Shown here in pieces: positions 38,659-48,646 of a stretch of 64,000 nucleotides of DNA (its first letter is position 1; every line of letters starts with the position of its first letter). The notes below the pieces were generated by a model. That model was not told where the DNA came from. It was given only the letters and a program-made list of their open reading frames with translations, and did not search any database. The stretch is from Candidatus Latescibacterota bacterium (GTDB taxonomy: Bacteria > Latescibacterota > UBA2968 > UBA8231). The stretch lies in the NCBI GenBank assembly GCA_965206595.1, contig OZ242214.1, positions 4,512,001-4,576,000 on the forward strand. The letters are read 5' to 3'. Position numbers and translations under genes: made by a program.

Positions 38659-39723
38659 CTAGTCGAATCTGGAGACCGTGACGTCGAGGTAGCGGACGCC
38701 GCATTCCGGACGGTGATGCTCAACGAGAATGGGGGTTTGGTAGGTGCCCTGGACGATCCGCTGGGGTCCTGTCTCGCTGCTGGAAGAGACCAGCAGGCTG
38801 ATCGATCTCTTGAGGAGGAGGCGGTAGGCAGGCGTCGACAGCACGGAAATAATGCGATCGACCACGGAGCGGCCGGTCGGCAGTATGTCCATGAACTCGT
38901 TGTAGAGGCGAATCAGGTCGTAGGTCGCGTAATCCAGCGTCTTCTCCGGGATGGGGCTCGGTTTCCCGAGCAGCTTGCGGCCTCGCCGCACCATGTAGCG
39001 CAGTGGATCCGCCAGTACTGCGGGCAGGTCCTTGCGGATCAGCAGAGTCTCGTACTCGTTTACCGTCAGGCCGGCGTTCTTTTCCCCGGGCGCCAGATGG
39101 ATCTCGATCCGGCCTTTTTCGATTCCGAATCGGTCGAGCCACTCCTCGAACTGTTGAAACAATCCGTAGCGGGGATCTTTCAGGTTGTGGGATTCGATCG
39201 GGTGATCGGCAGCAACCGGCAGCGCCAGGCGTTCGCGGTGGACGACCTGCTCGTCGTTGTATCCGAGCACCGTGGTGTGACGCCGGCGAACGATTTCCTT
39301 GTAGATACCATCGAGCTCGACGAAGTACACTGGTTCGGTCGGTTTGTGAAGATAGGTCACGCAGTTCTTGAGACCGGCGCTCATGAAAGTCAGATGGGAA
39401 TCGGCGTTTACCGGTTCAGTCTGCTTCTGGGAATCGCTCAACTCGTCGCGCAGCTGCATGCGGTCGTGGAAATACCCGGCGTCGTGGGGGAATATTCGCT
39501 GCAGAATACGGAAGAAGGGGGCCAGCTGTTTCCGGCTGTGCCCCAAGCGTGCACAAAATCCCTGCTCGAGGTAGCCGGCGGTGGTGTGGAACGAGCAGTA
39601 GACGGCTTTCCGGAAGGCATCGAGTGCGTCGCCGGCCTCTTCGCGTACATGTCCGGATACGTCGATCAGCTGAAAGCGGGACGTCGGGATCAGGTCGAGG
39701 TTGATTTCGAGGGGTTGCACCAT
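38659..39723 (-). CDS. Hypothetical protein with apparently two YjbQ/UPF0047-like domains
   Basis: HTTAG, YFHD, NADSH, FVELDG in the first half; AGLTVNE and QGTYQ in the second half. Confidence 0.65.
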   Translation of the reverse strand: MVQPLEINLDLIPTSRFQLIDVSGHVREEAGDALDAFRKAVYCSFHTTAGYLEQGFCARLGHSRKQLAPFFRILQRIFPHDAGYFHDRMQLRDELSDSQKQTEPVNADSHLTFMSAGLKNCVTYLHKPTEPVYFVELDGIYKEIVRRRHTTVLGYNDEQVVHRERLALPVAADHPIESHNLKDPRYGLFQQFEEWLDRFGIEKGRIEIHLAPGEKNAGLTVNEYETLLIRKDLPAVLADPLRYMVRRGRKLLGKPSPIPEKTLDYATYDLIRLYNEFMDILPTGRSVVDRIISVLSTPAYRLLLKRSISLLVSSSSETGPQRIVQGTYQTPILVEHHRPECGVRYLDVTVSRFD

Positions 39724-39854
39724 GATTCGGGATGAAAGTGGTGCGATTGGAACAGCAGAAAAACGCGGACTTTTTTCAAAATCTAAACATAATACAAGAC
39801 CACATTTCAGGGACAAGACCAGGCAAGGTCAGTTGCTCCCGGGGAGAATTCCGC

Positions 39855-40361
39855 ATGCCTGCATTGTACGTATTGCGTCATGCCAAGTCCGATTGGACGG
39901 GTCCGGACACCAGTGATTTCGAGCGGCCACTCAACAAGCGGGGAGTGAAGGACGTTCCCCGGGTCGGCCGCGCCCTGCAGAGAACGGGGCTTCTTCCGCA
40001 GCGGGTGATCACATCCCCGGCGGCGCGGGCGCTGGCGACAGCCGAAGGAATCGCCGCCAGGCTGACCCCGGCGCCCGAGGTGGTTCCCGACGAGCGTCTC
40101 TACCACGCCGCTCCGCACGCCTTGAGCGCCGTGGTAGCCGAATTCGGCGCCGGAGCCGAATGTGTCATGGCGGTGGCACACAACCCCGGCATGGAGGAGT
40201 GGATCGGAATGCTGTGTGGAGGAGCGGCGGTGCGGCTGCCGACTGGCGGCCTTGCCCGGGTCGCGCTGGAGATCCGCGACTGGTCGGAGCTGAAGGGAGC
40301 GCTGGGGGAGCTTGAGTGGCTGGTAACCCCCCGGTTGCTGAAGGGGATGGGAGTCAGGTAG
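39855..40361 (+). CDS. sixA: Phosphohistidine phosphatase SixA family
   Basis: LRHAKS, RPLN.RG, SPAARA, VAHNP. Confidence 0.88.
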   Translation: MPALYVLRHAKSDWTGPDTSDFERPLNKRGVKDVPRVGRALQRTGLLPQRVITSPAARALATAEGIAARLTPAPEVVPDERLYHAAPHALSAVVAEFGAGAECVMAVAHNPGMEEWIGMLCGGAAVRLPTGGLARVALEIRDWSELKGALGELEWLVTPRLLKGMGVR

Positions 40362-40378
40362 GCCTGTGCGGCGCGGGA

Positions 40379-41344
40379 CTAGCGCTTGTAGTCCTCGACT
40401 ATTCGCCCCAGGGCCTCGTCCAGGTCGACCTTGGGATCGTACCCGACGAGGGAGCGGATTTTCTCCAGGTCCGGGGCGCGGTACGACAGGTCCTCGTAGC
40501 GCCCGTTACGGCGGGTCTGGTCGTAGGGAGTGAACTGGATCTCCGATTCGCTTCCGGTGATTTCTTTGATTTTGGAAGCAAGGTCCTTGATGCTGCTCTC
40601 GAAGTTCGATCCAAGGTTGACGATCTCGCCGATCGCATTGTCGCTGAGGGCGAGCCCGACAAACCCGTCGATGGCGTCATCGATGTAGGTCCAGCAGCGG
40701 CGCTGTTCGCCGCTGTCGTACACCGTAATCGGATGACCCAGCACAGCCTGTTTGATCAGACGCGGAACTACCATTCCGAAGTGCCCCGTCTGGCGCGGGC
40801 CGATCACGTTGAAGGGCCGTACGATGACTATCGGCAAACGCTTTTCCTTCCAGTAGGCCAAGGCAAGCAATTCGTCGACTGCCTTGGTCGTCGAATAGCT
40901 CCAACGCACGACCGTTGTGGGTCCCAGAATGCGGTCGCTGTCCTCCCGGAACGGGACGTTGCCGTTTTTCTTGCCGTAGATCTCCGAAGTCGAGGCGAGG
41001 ATGACCTTTTTCTTTTTTTCGTTTGCGAGCTCGAGGACGTGTTCGGTACCTCGGATGTTGGTAGCGAGCGTTTGCAGCGGATTCTCGAGCACGTATTCCA
41101 CCCCGACGGCCGCGGCGAGATGGTAGATCATGTCGCAGCTGTTCACGAGGGGGCGCAACGACTCGAAGTTGAGTATGTCGTCGATCTTGCAGGTGAATCT
41201 GTCGTTGCCCTCGAGATGCTGAACGTTGGTGATGTCGCTGGTGGAGAGATTGTCGATGACCGCCACCTCATCCCCCATCTGCAGATGCCGCTCTGCGAGA
41301 TGGGAACCGATGAACCCTGCCCCTCCCGTGATCAGTACTCTCAT
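40379..41344 (-). CDS. NAD-dependent nucleotide-sugar epimerase/dehydratase
   Basis: GGAGFIGSH, STSEIYG, YSTTK, RPFNVIGPRQ. Confidence 0.95.
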   Translation of the reverse strand: MRVLITGGAGFIGSHLAERHLQMGDEVAVIDNLSTSDITNVQHLEGNDRFTCKIDDILNFESLRPLVNSCDMIYHLAAAVGVEYVLENPLQTLATNIRGTEHVLELANEKKKKVILASTSEIYGKKNGNVPFREDSDRILGPTTVVRWSYSTTKAVDELLALAYWKEKRLPIVIVRPFNVIGPRQTGHFGMVVPRLIKQAVLGHPITVYDSGEQRRCWTYIDDAIDGFVGLALSDNAIGEIVNLGSNFESSIKDLASKIKEITGSESEIQFTPYDQTRRNGRYEDLSYRAPDLEKIRSLVGYDPKVDLDEALGRIVEDYKR

Positions 41345-41349
41345 ATGCG

Positions 41350-42003
41350 TCAGCGCGCCGTCGCGTGGACGAAGTAATCCCGACTCAGCCGGGTAACGGC
41401 GACATCGGTCCAGCCGGCGGCCGTCATCGTTTCCATCACTTGCCTCTCGTCGTAAAAGTGGACGGGACAGCGCCTCGAGGTCAGCCGCAGCCACCGCGGC
41501 AGCGAGCGCAATGTCCAGCGAATCGGAAAGCTGAAAACCCCTTGCCCCGTCGTCACCCCGCGCATTTTGGCAAGCACGTCATGAGGATCTGAAATGTAAT
41601 CAAACAAGCCGATACCGAGGGAAATATCGAATCGGTCCGGTGCCTGCCAATCCGTGAAGTCGGCCGTTTCCAGGCGAGTCCGCCCGCTGACGCCGGCTTC
41701 AACGGCGGCGGCGCGGGCAATTTCTATCATGGCCGGTGCGAGGTCGAGGCCCACGACCTCTGCCCCCCGCCGCGCAAATTCGACAATGTAACGTCCGGAG
41801 CCGCAACCCACCTCGAGAACCCGTTTACCCGCCACGGCCCCGCAATGTTCGAAAGTCAAGGCAAATCGTCTGTGGATGACGCGGTGAAAGAGCAGGTCGA
41901 CGATATGCTGGGGTAACTTCTTCCGATCCTCGTAGATCGCGTCGAAACGCTTCGCTTCGCCGTCGAAGTAGCGCCGAACCAAGTCTGCAGAGGTGAGTTC
42001 CAT
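41350..42003 (-). CDS. Class I SAM-dependent methyltransferase
   Basis: VLEVGCGSG, GLDLA. Confidence 0.85.
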   Translation of the reverse strand: MELTSADLVRRYFDGEAKRFDAIYEDRKKLPQHIVDLLFHRVIHRRFALTFEHCGAVAGKRVLEVGCGSGRYIVEFARRGAEVVGLDLAPAMIEIARAAAVEAGVSGRTRLETADFTDWQAPDRFDISLGIGLFDYISDPHDVLAKMRGVTTGQGVFSFPIRWTLRSLPRWLRLTSRRCPVHFYDERQVMETMTAAGWTDVAVTRLSRDYFVHATAR

Positions 42004-42014
42004 GGTCGGGTCTT

Positions 42015-42857
42015 TCACACCGCCTCCTGCGGCCTTTCCCGGATATCCGTTGCTCCGAGAACTTGGCTCACCGTGCCGAACCGGAAGTCCTGCAGCAGGT
42101 TCCGCAGGCGAGAGACTGTCTGGCTCAGGCCCCGGTAATGGGGAACGCGGATACGGAGGGCCAGGTTCAAACGCGGGTGATCGGGATCGAGTTCCCACGG
42201 ATGGATATAAAACACCGCAGCCTGCCCGGATCGATTGATCCGCCGCAAGCCGAACCTCGTAAGAGTATAAGGAAATAACCGGAAATAGGCACCTCCGGCG
42301 ATCGGAATGTTGCGTCCTCCGAGGCGGTAGGTGGAGAGGGGATACTCGACCAATCCGGGGCGAATCCGATGGATTTCTCTCGGGGCTCCGGGGAAGCCGT
42401 AGCGGTAGTTGGCAACCGGAAAGAGGCTGGAATCGAAACGGATACCGCATTCGCAAAGAACCTCGAGGGCCCACTCCGATTGGGGGGTAATCGAGAAATA
42501 GGGGGCTCGGTGGCCGACGACCGGCGCCTCGGCGAGAGGTTCGAGGATGGCGATCGATCGCTTCAAATCCTCTCGGAAACGGTCCGGGGTCAGCTTGTAC
42601 ACGAACTGGTGGCCGTACCCGTGGGTGGCGATCTCGTGGCCGAGGCCCATGATCTCGCGAATCAGTCCGGGAGCCCGCTCTGCGGCGTATCCGAGGACGA
42701 AAAAGGTGGCCCGGACCCCGACTTCGTCGAGCAGACCGAGGAGCCGCCGGGTGCCGATCTCGATACGGTCCTCGTACCTTTCCCACTGGTCGCAGTCGAT
42801 CTCGAGCCCCTGGTACCAGTCCTCGAGATCGACGGTGAATGCGTTGAGCACGGTCAC
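42015..42857 (-). CDS. Polysaccharide deacetylase (DUF3473 / PEP-CTERM-locus type)
   Basis: TVDLEDW, ATFFVLG, HEIATHGYGH, RAPYFS, GGAYFR, YIHPWELD. Confidence 0.92.
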   Translation of the reverse strand: MTVLNAFTVDLEDWYQGLEIDCDQWERYEDRIEIGTRRLLGLLDEVGVRATFFVLGYAAERAPGLIREIMGLGHEIATHGYGHQFVYKLTPDRFREDLKRSIAILEPLAEAPVVGHRAPYFSITPQSEWALEVLCECGIRFDSSLFPVANYRYGFPGAPREIHRIRPGLVEYPLSTYRLGGRNIPIAGGAYFRLFPYTLTRFGLRRINRSGQAAVFYIHPWELDPDHPRLNLALRIRVPHYRGLSQTVSRLRNLLQDFRFGTVSQVLGATDIRERPQEAV

Positions 42858-43072
42858 CCTCCGCGGCCGCTGGGATGACCCGATTTCCAGTCAGGTTCCT
42901 GTGTCGAGCCGGTCGAATGCGGGAATGGCGCGGTCGGATGGGGATGTGATGCTTGGCCGCTGCTTCCTCCGGGTTCGAGTTCCGGAAGGTGCCGGGATAC
43001 TCTGAAAAAACAGCATGCCGCCGGGAAACCGTGCCTGGAGACGGAGAGAACGGACATCGGGGCGCCGCCGGT

Positions 43073-44236
43073 TTACCTACGGCGCTTGGAGACGAAACTG
43101 AGCACCGCGGCGATCACCCGGTCCTGTTGCTCTTCGCTCAGCTCGGGGTGCAGCGGCAGCACCAGAATGCGTTCCCATTCGCTTTCGGTCACCGGGAGAC
43201 GCGTGGTGTAGGGTTTGAAAATGCCCATCAGGTGGTTCGGATAGAAATGGACGTTGGAATCGATGCCCTGTTCGTCGAGGTGGCGGTAGAGTTCGTCGCG
43301 ATCCCCGACCTTGATTACGGCACTGTAGCAGGCGCTGAGGGCGTAATCCCGGTTCGGCAGCACCTCGACCCCATCGACGCCGGCGAACCCTTCGCGGTAC
43401 CGCTGAAGGAGGTTTCGGCGCCGCGCGTTCAGGGCTTCGAGCTTGTCGAGCTGCACCAGCCCTATCGCCGCGGCGAGGTCGTTCATCTCGTACTTGTACC
43501 CGATCTCCTCGACTTCGTAGATCCAGGAGCGATGCGGTTCTCCCGAACGAAAGCGCTCCCAGGTCGGCCTGGAAATGCCCGCCCAGCGCAGCTTGCGGAC
43601 CCGGTCGGCAACCGCGGGGTCGTCGGTCACGAGCATGCCGCCGTCGCCTGTAGTCAGGTTTTTCGTCGCCTGAAAGCTGAAACAGCCGATGTCCCCGAGA
43701 GCGCCGAGCATGCGCCCCTTGTAGCGGCCACCGCAACCGTGGGCGGAGTCCTCGATAACCGTGAGGCCGTGCTCGCCCGCAAGCGCCAGAATCGGGTCCA
43801 TGTCGCAAGCGTGTCCGCCGTAGTGGACGACCATGATCGCCCGCGTGGTCGGTGTGATCTTCTTGCGCAGCTCGCCGGCGGTGACGTTGAGGGTGCCGGG
43901 ATCGATGTCGCAGAACACCGGACGCCCCCCGGCGTGGAGGATGGCCTGGGTCGCGGAGACGAAGGTCATCGAGCTGGTCAACACTTCCTGCCCCTCGACC
44001 TGTGCGGCGATCATGGCCAGGTGCAGGGCCGCGGTAGCGGAGTTGAGGGATACGGCGTGGCGGACACCGAGGTAATCGGCAAAGCGCTCCTCGAACGCGA
44101 GCGTTCTGGGACCGCGTCCGATCCAGCCTCCGGCCAGAACCTCGGTTACGGCGCGGCGCTCCTCCTCTCCGAATGCCGGCTTGAACAGCCGCAAGCGTTC
44201 CCCGTACGCAGCCCTCGAAGCTTCCGATTCCGACAT
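43073..44236 (-). CDS. DegT/DnrJ/EryC1/StrS PLP-dependent sugar aminotransferase
   Basis: NSATAALH, IEDSAH, FSFQATKNLTTGDGG. Confidence 0.95.
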   Translation of the reverse strand: MSESEASRAAYGERLRLFKPAFGEEERRAVTEVLAGGWIGRGPRTLAFEERFADYLGVRHAVSLNSATAALHLAMIAAQVEGQEVLTSSMTFVSATQAILHAGGRPVFCDIDPGTLNVTAGELRKKITPTTRAIMVVHYGGHACDMDPILALAGEHGLTVIEDSAHGCGGRYKGRMLGALGDIGCFSFQATKNLTTGDGGMLVTDDPAVADRVRKLRWAGISRPTWERFRSGEPHRSWIYEVEEIGYKYEMNDLAAAIGLVQLDKLEALNARRRNLLQRYREGFAGVDGVEVLPNRDYALSACYSAVIKVGDRDELYRHLDEQGIDSNVHFYPNHLMGIFKPYTTRLPVTESEWERILVLPLHPELSEEQQDRVIAAVLSFVSKRRR

Positions 44237-44253
44237 CTAACGGTCCTTTCCGG

Positions 44254-45222
44254 TCAATCCCGGCGAGTCCCCGGTGATAGCGGCGCCCAGTAGGATCGGT
44301 CCGTCACGGTGCGCCGCAGGATCCTCCAGTACGCCCGGAGCCGCTGTGCTCCCTCGTTCCTGCGGCGAGACGACAACAAGGCGGGAACGATCCACAAGGC
44401 GGATCGCAACAGCATCTCGACCACCGTGAGCAGCCTGAGGGCGTGCAGGCGGCCCTTTCCGAAGTGTTTTTCGAACAGGTAGAACAGACTTTGCTGACTG
44501 ACAACCAGCATCTCACCGAGGTTTTTGCGGATGCTTTGGCCGTCGTGATGGACGACGCGGCTCGACGGCAGGTATACCACCGACCAGCCCTTTTTCCTCA
44601 GTCGCATACACCAGTCGAGATCCTCGAAGCACATGAAAATGTTGGGATCGAGGAATCCCGTTTGGGCGGCTGCCTCTCGGCGCACCATCAGGCAGGCCCC
44701 CGTCACCCATCCGACGCGGCGGCGCTCCCCATGGTGCCAGCGGCCCAATCTAAAAAAGGGGAACATTCTGTGCAATAACAGTTTATGCACGATTTCGGAG
44801 TGTAAGCCCGGGGTCCTTCCGCACGACAATTGCAGCGATCCGTCAGGGTAGACCAGCCGGGGGCCGACGGCTCCCGCATTGGGATCGGAGTCGAGGTAGT
44901 CGACGAGCCCTCCGAGGGCTCCGACCTCGACCGCGCTGTCGGAATTGAGCAACAGGAAGCAGCGGCCGGTGGCGCGTTCCAGTGCGAGGTTGTTGCCGCG
45001 GCTGAAGCCGAGATTCTCCGAGGAGCGAATCAGCTCGACCTGGGGAAAGCGTTCTTCCACCATGTCCGGGCTGCCGTCGCTCGAGGCGTTGTCGACAACC
45101 AGCACCTGCCATCCGGCGCTGTCCGGGTCCGCGTAGACGGAACGCAGGCAGTCCTCGAGAAGGTCTCGGGTGTTCCAGCTGACGATGCAGATGGACAGCG
45201 AAATCTCACCCGTTCCTGTCAC
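44254..45222 (-). CDS. GT2 family glycosyltransferase
   Basis: SICIVSWN, VVDNASSDG, NLGFSRGNN, LLNSD, GACL, EDLD. GTG overlaps the upstream stop. Confidence 0.92.
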   Translation of the reverse strand: MTGTGEISLSICIVSWNTRDLLEDCLRSVYADPDSAGWQVLVVDNASSDGSPDMVEERFPQVELIRSSENLGFSRGNNLALERATGRCFLLLNSDSAVEVGALGGLVDYLDSDPNAGAVGPRLVYPDGSLQLSCGRTPGLHSEIVHKLLLHRMFPFFRLGRWHHGERRRVGWVTGACLMVRREAAAQTGFLDPNIFMCFEDLDWCMRLRKKGWSVVYLPSSRVVHHDGQSIRKNLGEMLVVSQQSLFYLFEKHFGKGRLHALRLLTVVEMLLRSALWIVPALLSSRRRNEGAQRLRAYWRILRRTVTDRSYWAPLSPGTRRD

Positions 45223-46538
45223 TTGAGCCCACCCGCTTCCAGGAGGCCGAGCAGCGCGGTGCGGGCCCGGCCTTCCCACAACCAGACGAAACCGTTGGCG
45301 GCAACCAGGCACGCCAGCAAGGCCGCGGTTCGCGCGGCCCCCCAGCGCTGCCAGGCGAAGTGCGCGAAGGCGGAAGCAAACAGGATAAACAACGGCTCCA
45401 GAGGCAGGCGGAAGCGCGCCGAGCCGTACAGGAGGGTCGAGAAGGTGAAGACGAAGGCGACGATGGCAGCGGCCAGCAGATCGAACCCCGGGCGTCTCCA
45501 GAACAGGAGAAAGCCCGCGGCGAACAGCGGCAGGATCACCATGAAGGAGAGGTTGTACCCGGGCTCGAAAAAGTACCAGAAACGCAGCAAACGCTCCCCC
45601 ACCCGGTGCAGGTAGAGAGCGGGGTCCCCGGAGACGAGCCGCATCCCCTGGGCGAGCCAGTAGCGGTCGCGCTCGACCTCTTCCGGAATGCGCTCGAAGG
45701 TGAGTTTCTCGATCCGCCAGCCGTCCGCCTGTTTCCAGTCCGGACTCGGTCCGTTGCTGCGGGCGAACACGAAGCCGCCGTGCGTCGATATCGGCACAAA
45801 GGCGGAGTGCACGTGGAAGTTCCGCGCCGTCCAGGGGGCCACGGTGGCGGCGATCCCGAGGGATATCCACAGGCACCGGCGCCAGCGGCCCCTGCCGGTG
45901 AACTGCGAGTGCAGCATTTCGACCGGCCACAGGACGAGGGCCACTGGTCTGGTCAGGGCCGCGAGACCGATCGCCACCCCGGTCGCCATCAGCCGCGGGC
46001 GGCCGGCATCGGCGGTGAGGCGGGTGGAGATCGACAGGTAGAGGGCCAACACCAGCAGAAACGCGAACAGCGTCTCCGTCATCACCTCGCTGGCACTCGC
46101 CACCAGCGGCATGTAGAGAGAGGCTGCCACTCCCGCTATCAGCGACGCCTGCGGGCAGATCGCCCTGGCGGTCGCGTACACGGTTACCGCCGTGCCCGCG
46201 CCGAGCAGTGACTGCGCGACTTTGACGGCGCCGTGAGAAAAACCGAAAAGACCGTACACCCCCGCCAGAAAGCCGGGGAACAGCGGGGCCCTCCATGATC
46301 TCATGTCGTAGCCGAACCAGTTTTCCCGCGCCACGAAACCTTCCCCGGCGAGCAGGTTGGCGGCGATCTCGTCGTAGTCGGGCGTGTCCTGCGCGGGTAC
46401 CTCCATGCCGAGGGAGGCGTATCCCAGCCGCATGGCCGCGGCCAGGGCGAAGAGCGCGATCCCCCATTGGCGCGGGGTCAGGCCCCGGTTCTTTTCCCGG
46501 GACACCGCCGGTCCGGAAGGCGGGTCGGGGCGGTTCAC
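45219..46538 (-). CDS. GT-C fold (ArnT/GT39-like) membrane glycosyltransferase
   Basis: D..DY...A, RAPLFP, MTETL, LTRP, PWTARN, RFRLP; multiple TMs. Confidence 0.8.
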   Translation of the reverse strand: MNRPDPPSGPAVSREKNRGLTPRQWGIALFALAAAMRLGYASLGMEVPAQDTPDYDEIAANLLAGEGFVARENWFGYDMRSWRAPLFPGFLAGVYGLFGFSHGAVKVAQSLLGAGTAVTVYATARAICPQASLIAGVAASLYMPLVASASEVMTETLFAFLLVLALYLSISTRLTADAGRPRLMATGVAIGLAALTRPVALVLWPVEMLHSQFTGRGRWRRCLWISLGIAATVAPWTARNFHVHSAFVPISTHGGFVFARSNGPSPDWKQADGWRIEKLTFERIPEEVERDRYWLAQGMRLVSGDPALYLHRVGERLLRFWYFFEPGYNLSFMVILPLFAAGFLLFWRRPGFDLLAAAIVAFVFTFSTLLYGSARFRLPLEPLFILFASAFAHFAWQRWGAARTAALLACLVAANGFVWLWEGRARTALLGLLEAGGLK

Positions 46539-47911
46539 CTGATTCCCAGGACGCGGTCGAAACAGGCAGCGAGCCGTCGCGTCAGCTCGCGCCGGTGAAA
46601 CGGCCTGAGCGCCGCCGGGTCGGCACCTTGGGCGGCGCCATCGCGGCACTCGCGGTATAGCCGCACCAGGGCGCCGCGGATAGCCTCTACGTCGTCCGGG
46701 GGAACGCAGATACCGGCATGCAGTCCTGTCATCATGCGAGCAACCATACCCTCCCCGCACAGGGCGAGAATGGGGCGGCCCGTCGCCGCGTACTCGAAGA
46801 ACTTGCCGGGAACGTTCGACGACGGCCACGGGCGCGCGTGATCGACGAGCAGCAGGACGTCGGCCCGGCGCTGAAGCTCGAGCGCCAACTCCCGGTCCAC
46901 CTCACCGGGAATCGCGGCCATTCCGGCGCGCAGCAGCGGCCCTGCCGCCTCCCGCTCCGGCGTGCTCAGGCTGCCGACCAGCTCGAGCCGGATGCGCCTG
47001 CGCCACTCCGCGTCCTCTTGAAGCAGGGACTCCAGGGCAGCGAACAACGCCAGCGGCGATCGCTGCGGATGGCTCCCGGAAAAACTGCCGGTGTGAAGGA
47101 CACGCATCGGACCTGGGCCGCACTCGTCCGGCGCGGTCGACCCCGGATCCTGGGTGCCCGGGGCTCCCTTGGACAGGGGCCATGCAGGCCCAGGGCTGTC
47201 CTCTCCAGTCTCCCGGGGATCGAAACCGTTGGTTATCACCTCGATTTTGCCTCCACTGTCCGGATACGCGGCGCCCAAATACTCGGCGCTGATCTCCGTC
47301 GTCGCGATTACCGCGTCGGCGGCGCTGACGACCAGTTCCTCGAGCCGGCGTTCGAGCCCGCGGCGGATCGGCCTTTCGTCGAGCCTCGGGTCAAGCGGGT
47401 CGTATATCCAGCTGTCGCGGAAATCGGCTACCCAGGGCAGGGCTGTCCACCGTTGAAGAAACAGGCCGGCCAGGTGGGCGCTTGCCGGCGGCGACGTCGT
47501 GTAGATCAGGTCGACCTCGTGCCGGCGCAGGTAGCGGAGTGCCTTTACGGCCGCGGCCGGAGCCCAGGTGATCTGGCCATCGGGAACCAGCAGCCGGCGT
47601 CCCAGCAGCCGAATGGCGTCTGTCAGGGGGGATCGGGTCCTCGCCGTCGATGGCGGAGGTTGGCCGCCGGTGCCGCGGTTGAAAAGAAACCGGTAGGCGT
47701 GGAGCGGTTCCCAGGCCCGCAACGTCCCGTCCTCCCTATCCGGGCGGCCGAAAGCGGTGGTAGTGAGCACTACCGGCCTGTACCCGAATTCCGGCAGGTA
47801 TCGGGTGAATTTGAGAGTGCGTTCGACGCCCCCCGACCTGATCGGGGGATAGTGGTAGGCGACAAAGAGAACGGTTCTCGCGGCGGGAACTCTCTCCTGC
47901 CGATCGGTCAT
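46535..47911 (-). CDS. GT4 family glycosyltransferase
   Basis: YHYPP...GVER, TSPP, WVADFRDSW, TNGFD, PGKFFEY. Confidence 0.9.
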   Translation of the reverse strand: MTDRQERVPAARTVLFVAYHYPPIRSGGVERTLKFTRYLPEFGYRPVVLTTTAFGRPDREDGTLRAWEPLHAYRFLFNRGTGGQPPPSTARTRSPLTDAIRLLGRRLLVPDGQITWAPAAAVKALRYLRRHEVDLIYTTSPPASAHLAGLFLQRWTALPWVADFRDSWIYDPLDPRLDERPIRRGLERRLEELVVSAADAVIATTEISAEYLGAAYPDSGGKIEVITNGFDPRETGEDSPGPAWPLSKGAPGTQDPGSTAPDECGPGPMRVLHTGSFSGSHPQRSPLALFAALESLLQEDAEWRRRIRLELVGSLSTPEREAAGPLLRAGMAAIPGEVDRELALELQRRADVLLLVDHARPWPSSNVPGKFFEYAATGRPILALCGEGMVARMMTGLHAGICVPPDDVEAIRGALVRLYRECRDGAAQGADPAALRPFHRRELTRRLAACFDRVLGIR

Positions 47912-48082
47912 GAATTGCTCGCTCTCGAAGGGGAACCTGCGCGAACTCCCGGAAAATGGAGAGGGAAAAAAATAAGCGGCTTAGACTTTCCAGCCTCAAG
48001 GAATCGGCGCACAGACCGATGGCCGCCCGCCGGTGATTGGGTTATAATTTGGTAACCTCGTTTTGCAGGAGTCGAGCCGAAA

Positions 48083-48556
48083 ATGACCTTGCTGGAAATC
48101 CTGTCTTCCGAGACCATGATCGTCGGTCTCAAAGGCAACAGCAAAGAAGAAATCATCGAGGAACTGGTCGATTGTCTCGATGCCGGTGATGCGATCTCTG
48201 ATCGCGACAAGGTGTTGCAGGCGGTAGTCGAGCGCGAAAAAATCATGAGTACGGGGATAGGCGACGGGATCGCCATCCCCCACGGGAAGTCGGATGCCGT
48301 TCAACGGCTCGTCGCTGCTTTGGGAACCCATCGGCGTGGCGTCGATTTCGAGGCCCTCGACGGCGAGCCGGCCTTCGTGTTCTTCCTGCTGGTCTCACCC
48401 GCCAACGTCTCCGGTCCGCACATCAAGGCGCTGGCGCGCATCTCCCGGCTGCTGAAAAACGACGAGTTCAAGAAGAGCTTGACCGAGGCTTCGACACCCG
48501 CAGAGGTGCTCGAAGCGATTGCAGAAGAAGAGAAGCAGTACCCTGCTTCCGGATAG
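48083..48556 (+). CDS. PTS EIIA-2 domain protein (PtsN/fructose-type)
   Basis: ERE..MSTGIGDGIAIPHGK, VDFEALDG.P, HIKALARIS. Confidence 0.92.
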   Translation: MTLLEILSSETMIVGLKGNSKEEIIEELVDCLDAGDAISDRDKVLQAVVEREKIMSTGIGDGIAIPHGKSDAVQRLVAALGTHRRGVDFEALDGEPAFVFFLLVSPANVSGPHIKALARISRLLKNDEFKKSLTEASTPAEVLEAIAEEEKQYPASG

Positions 48557-48646
48557 CTCCGCCCGGGAGACCGCAGCCCGCCGCGGCCCCGGATCCCCTC
48601 CCTTTCCCGCTTCCAGCAGTACAAGGATCCCCGCCGGTCGGGTGCC

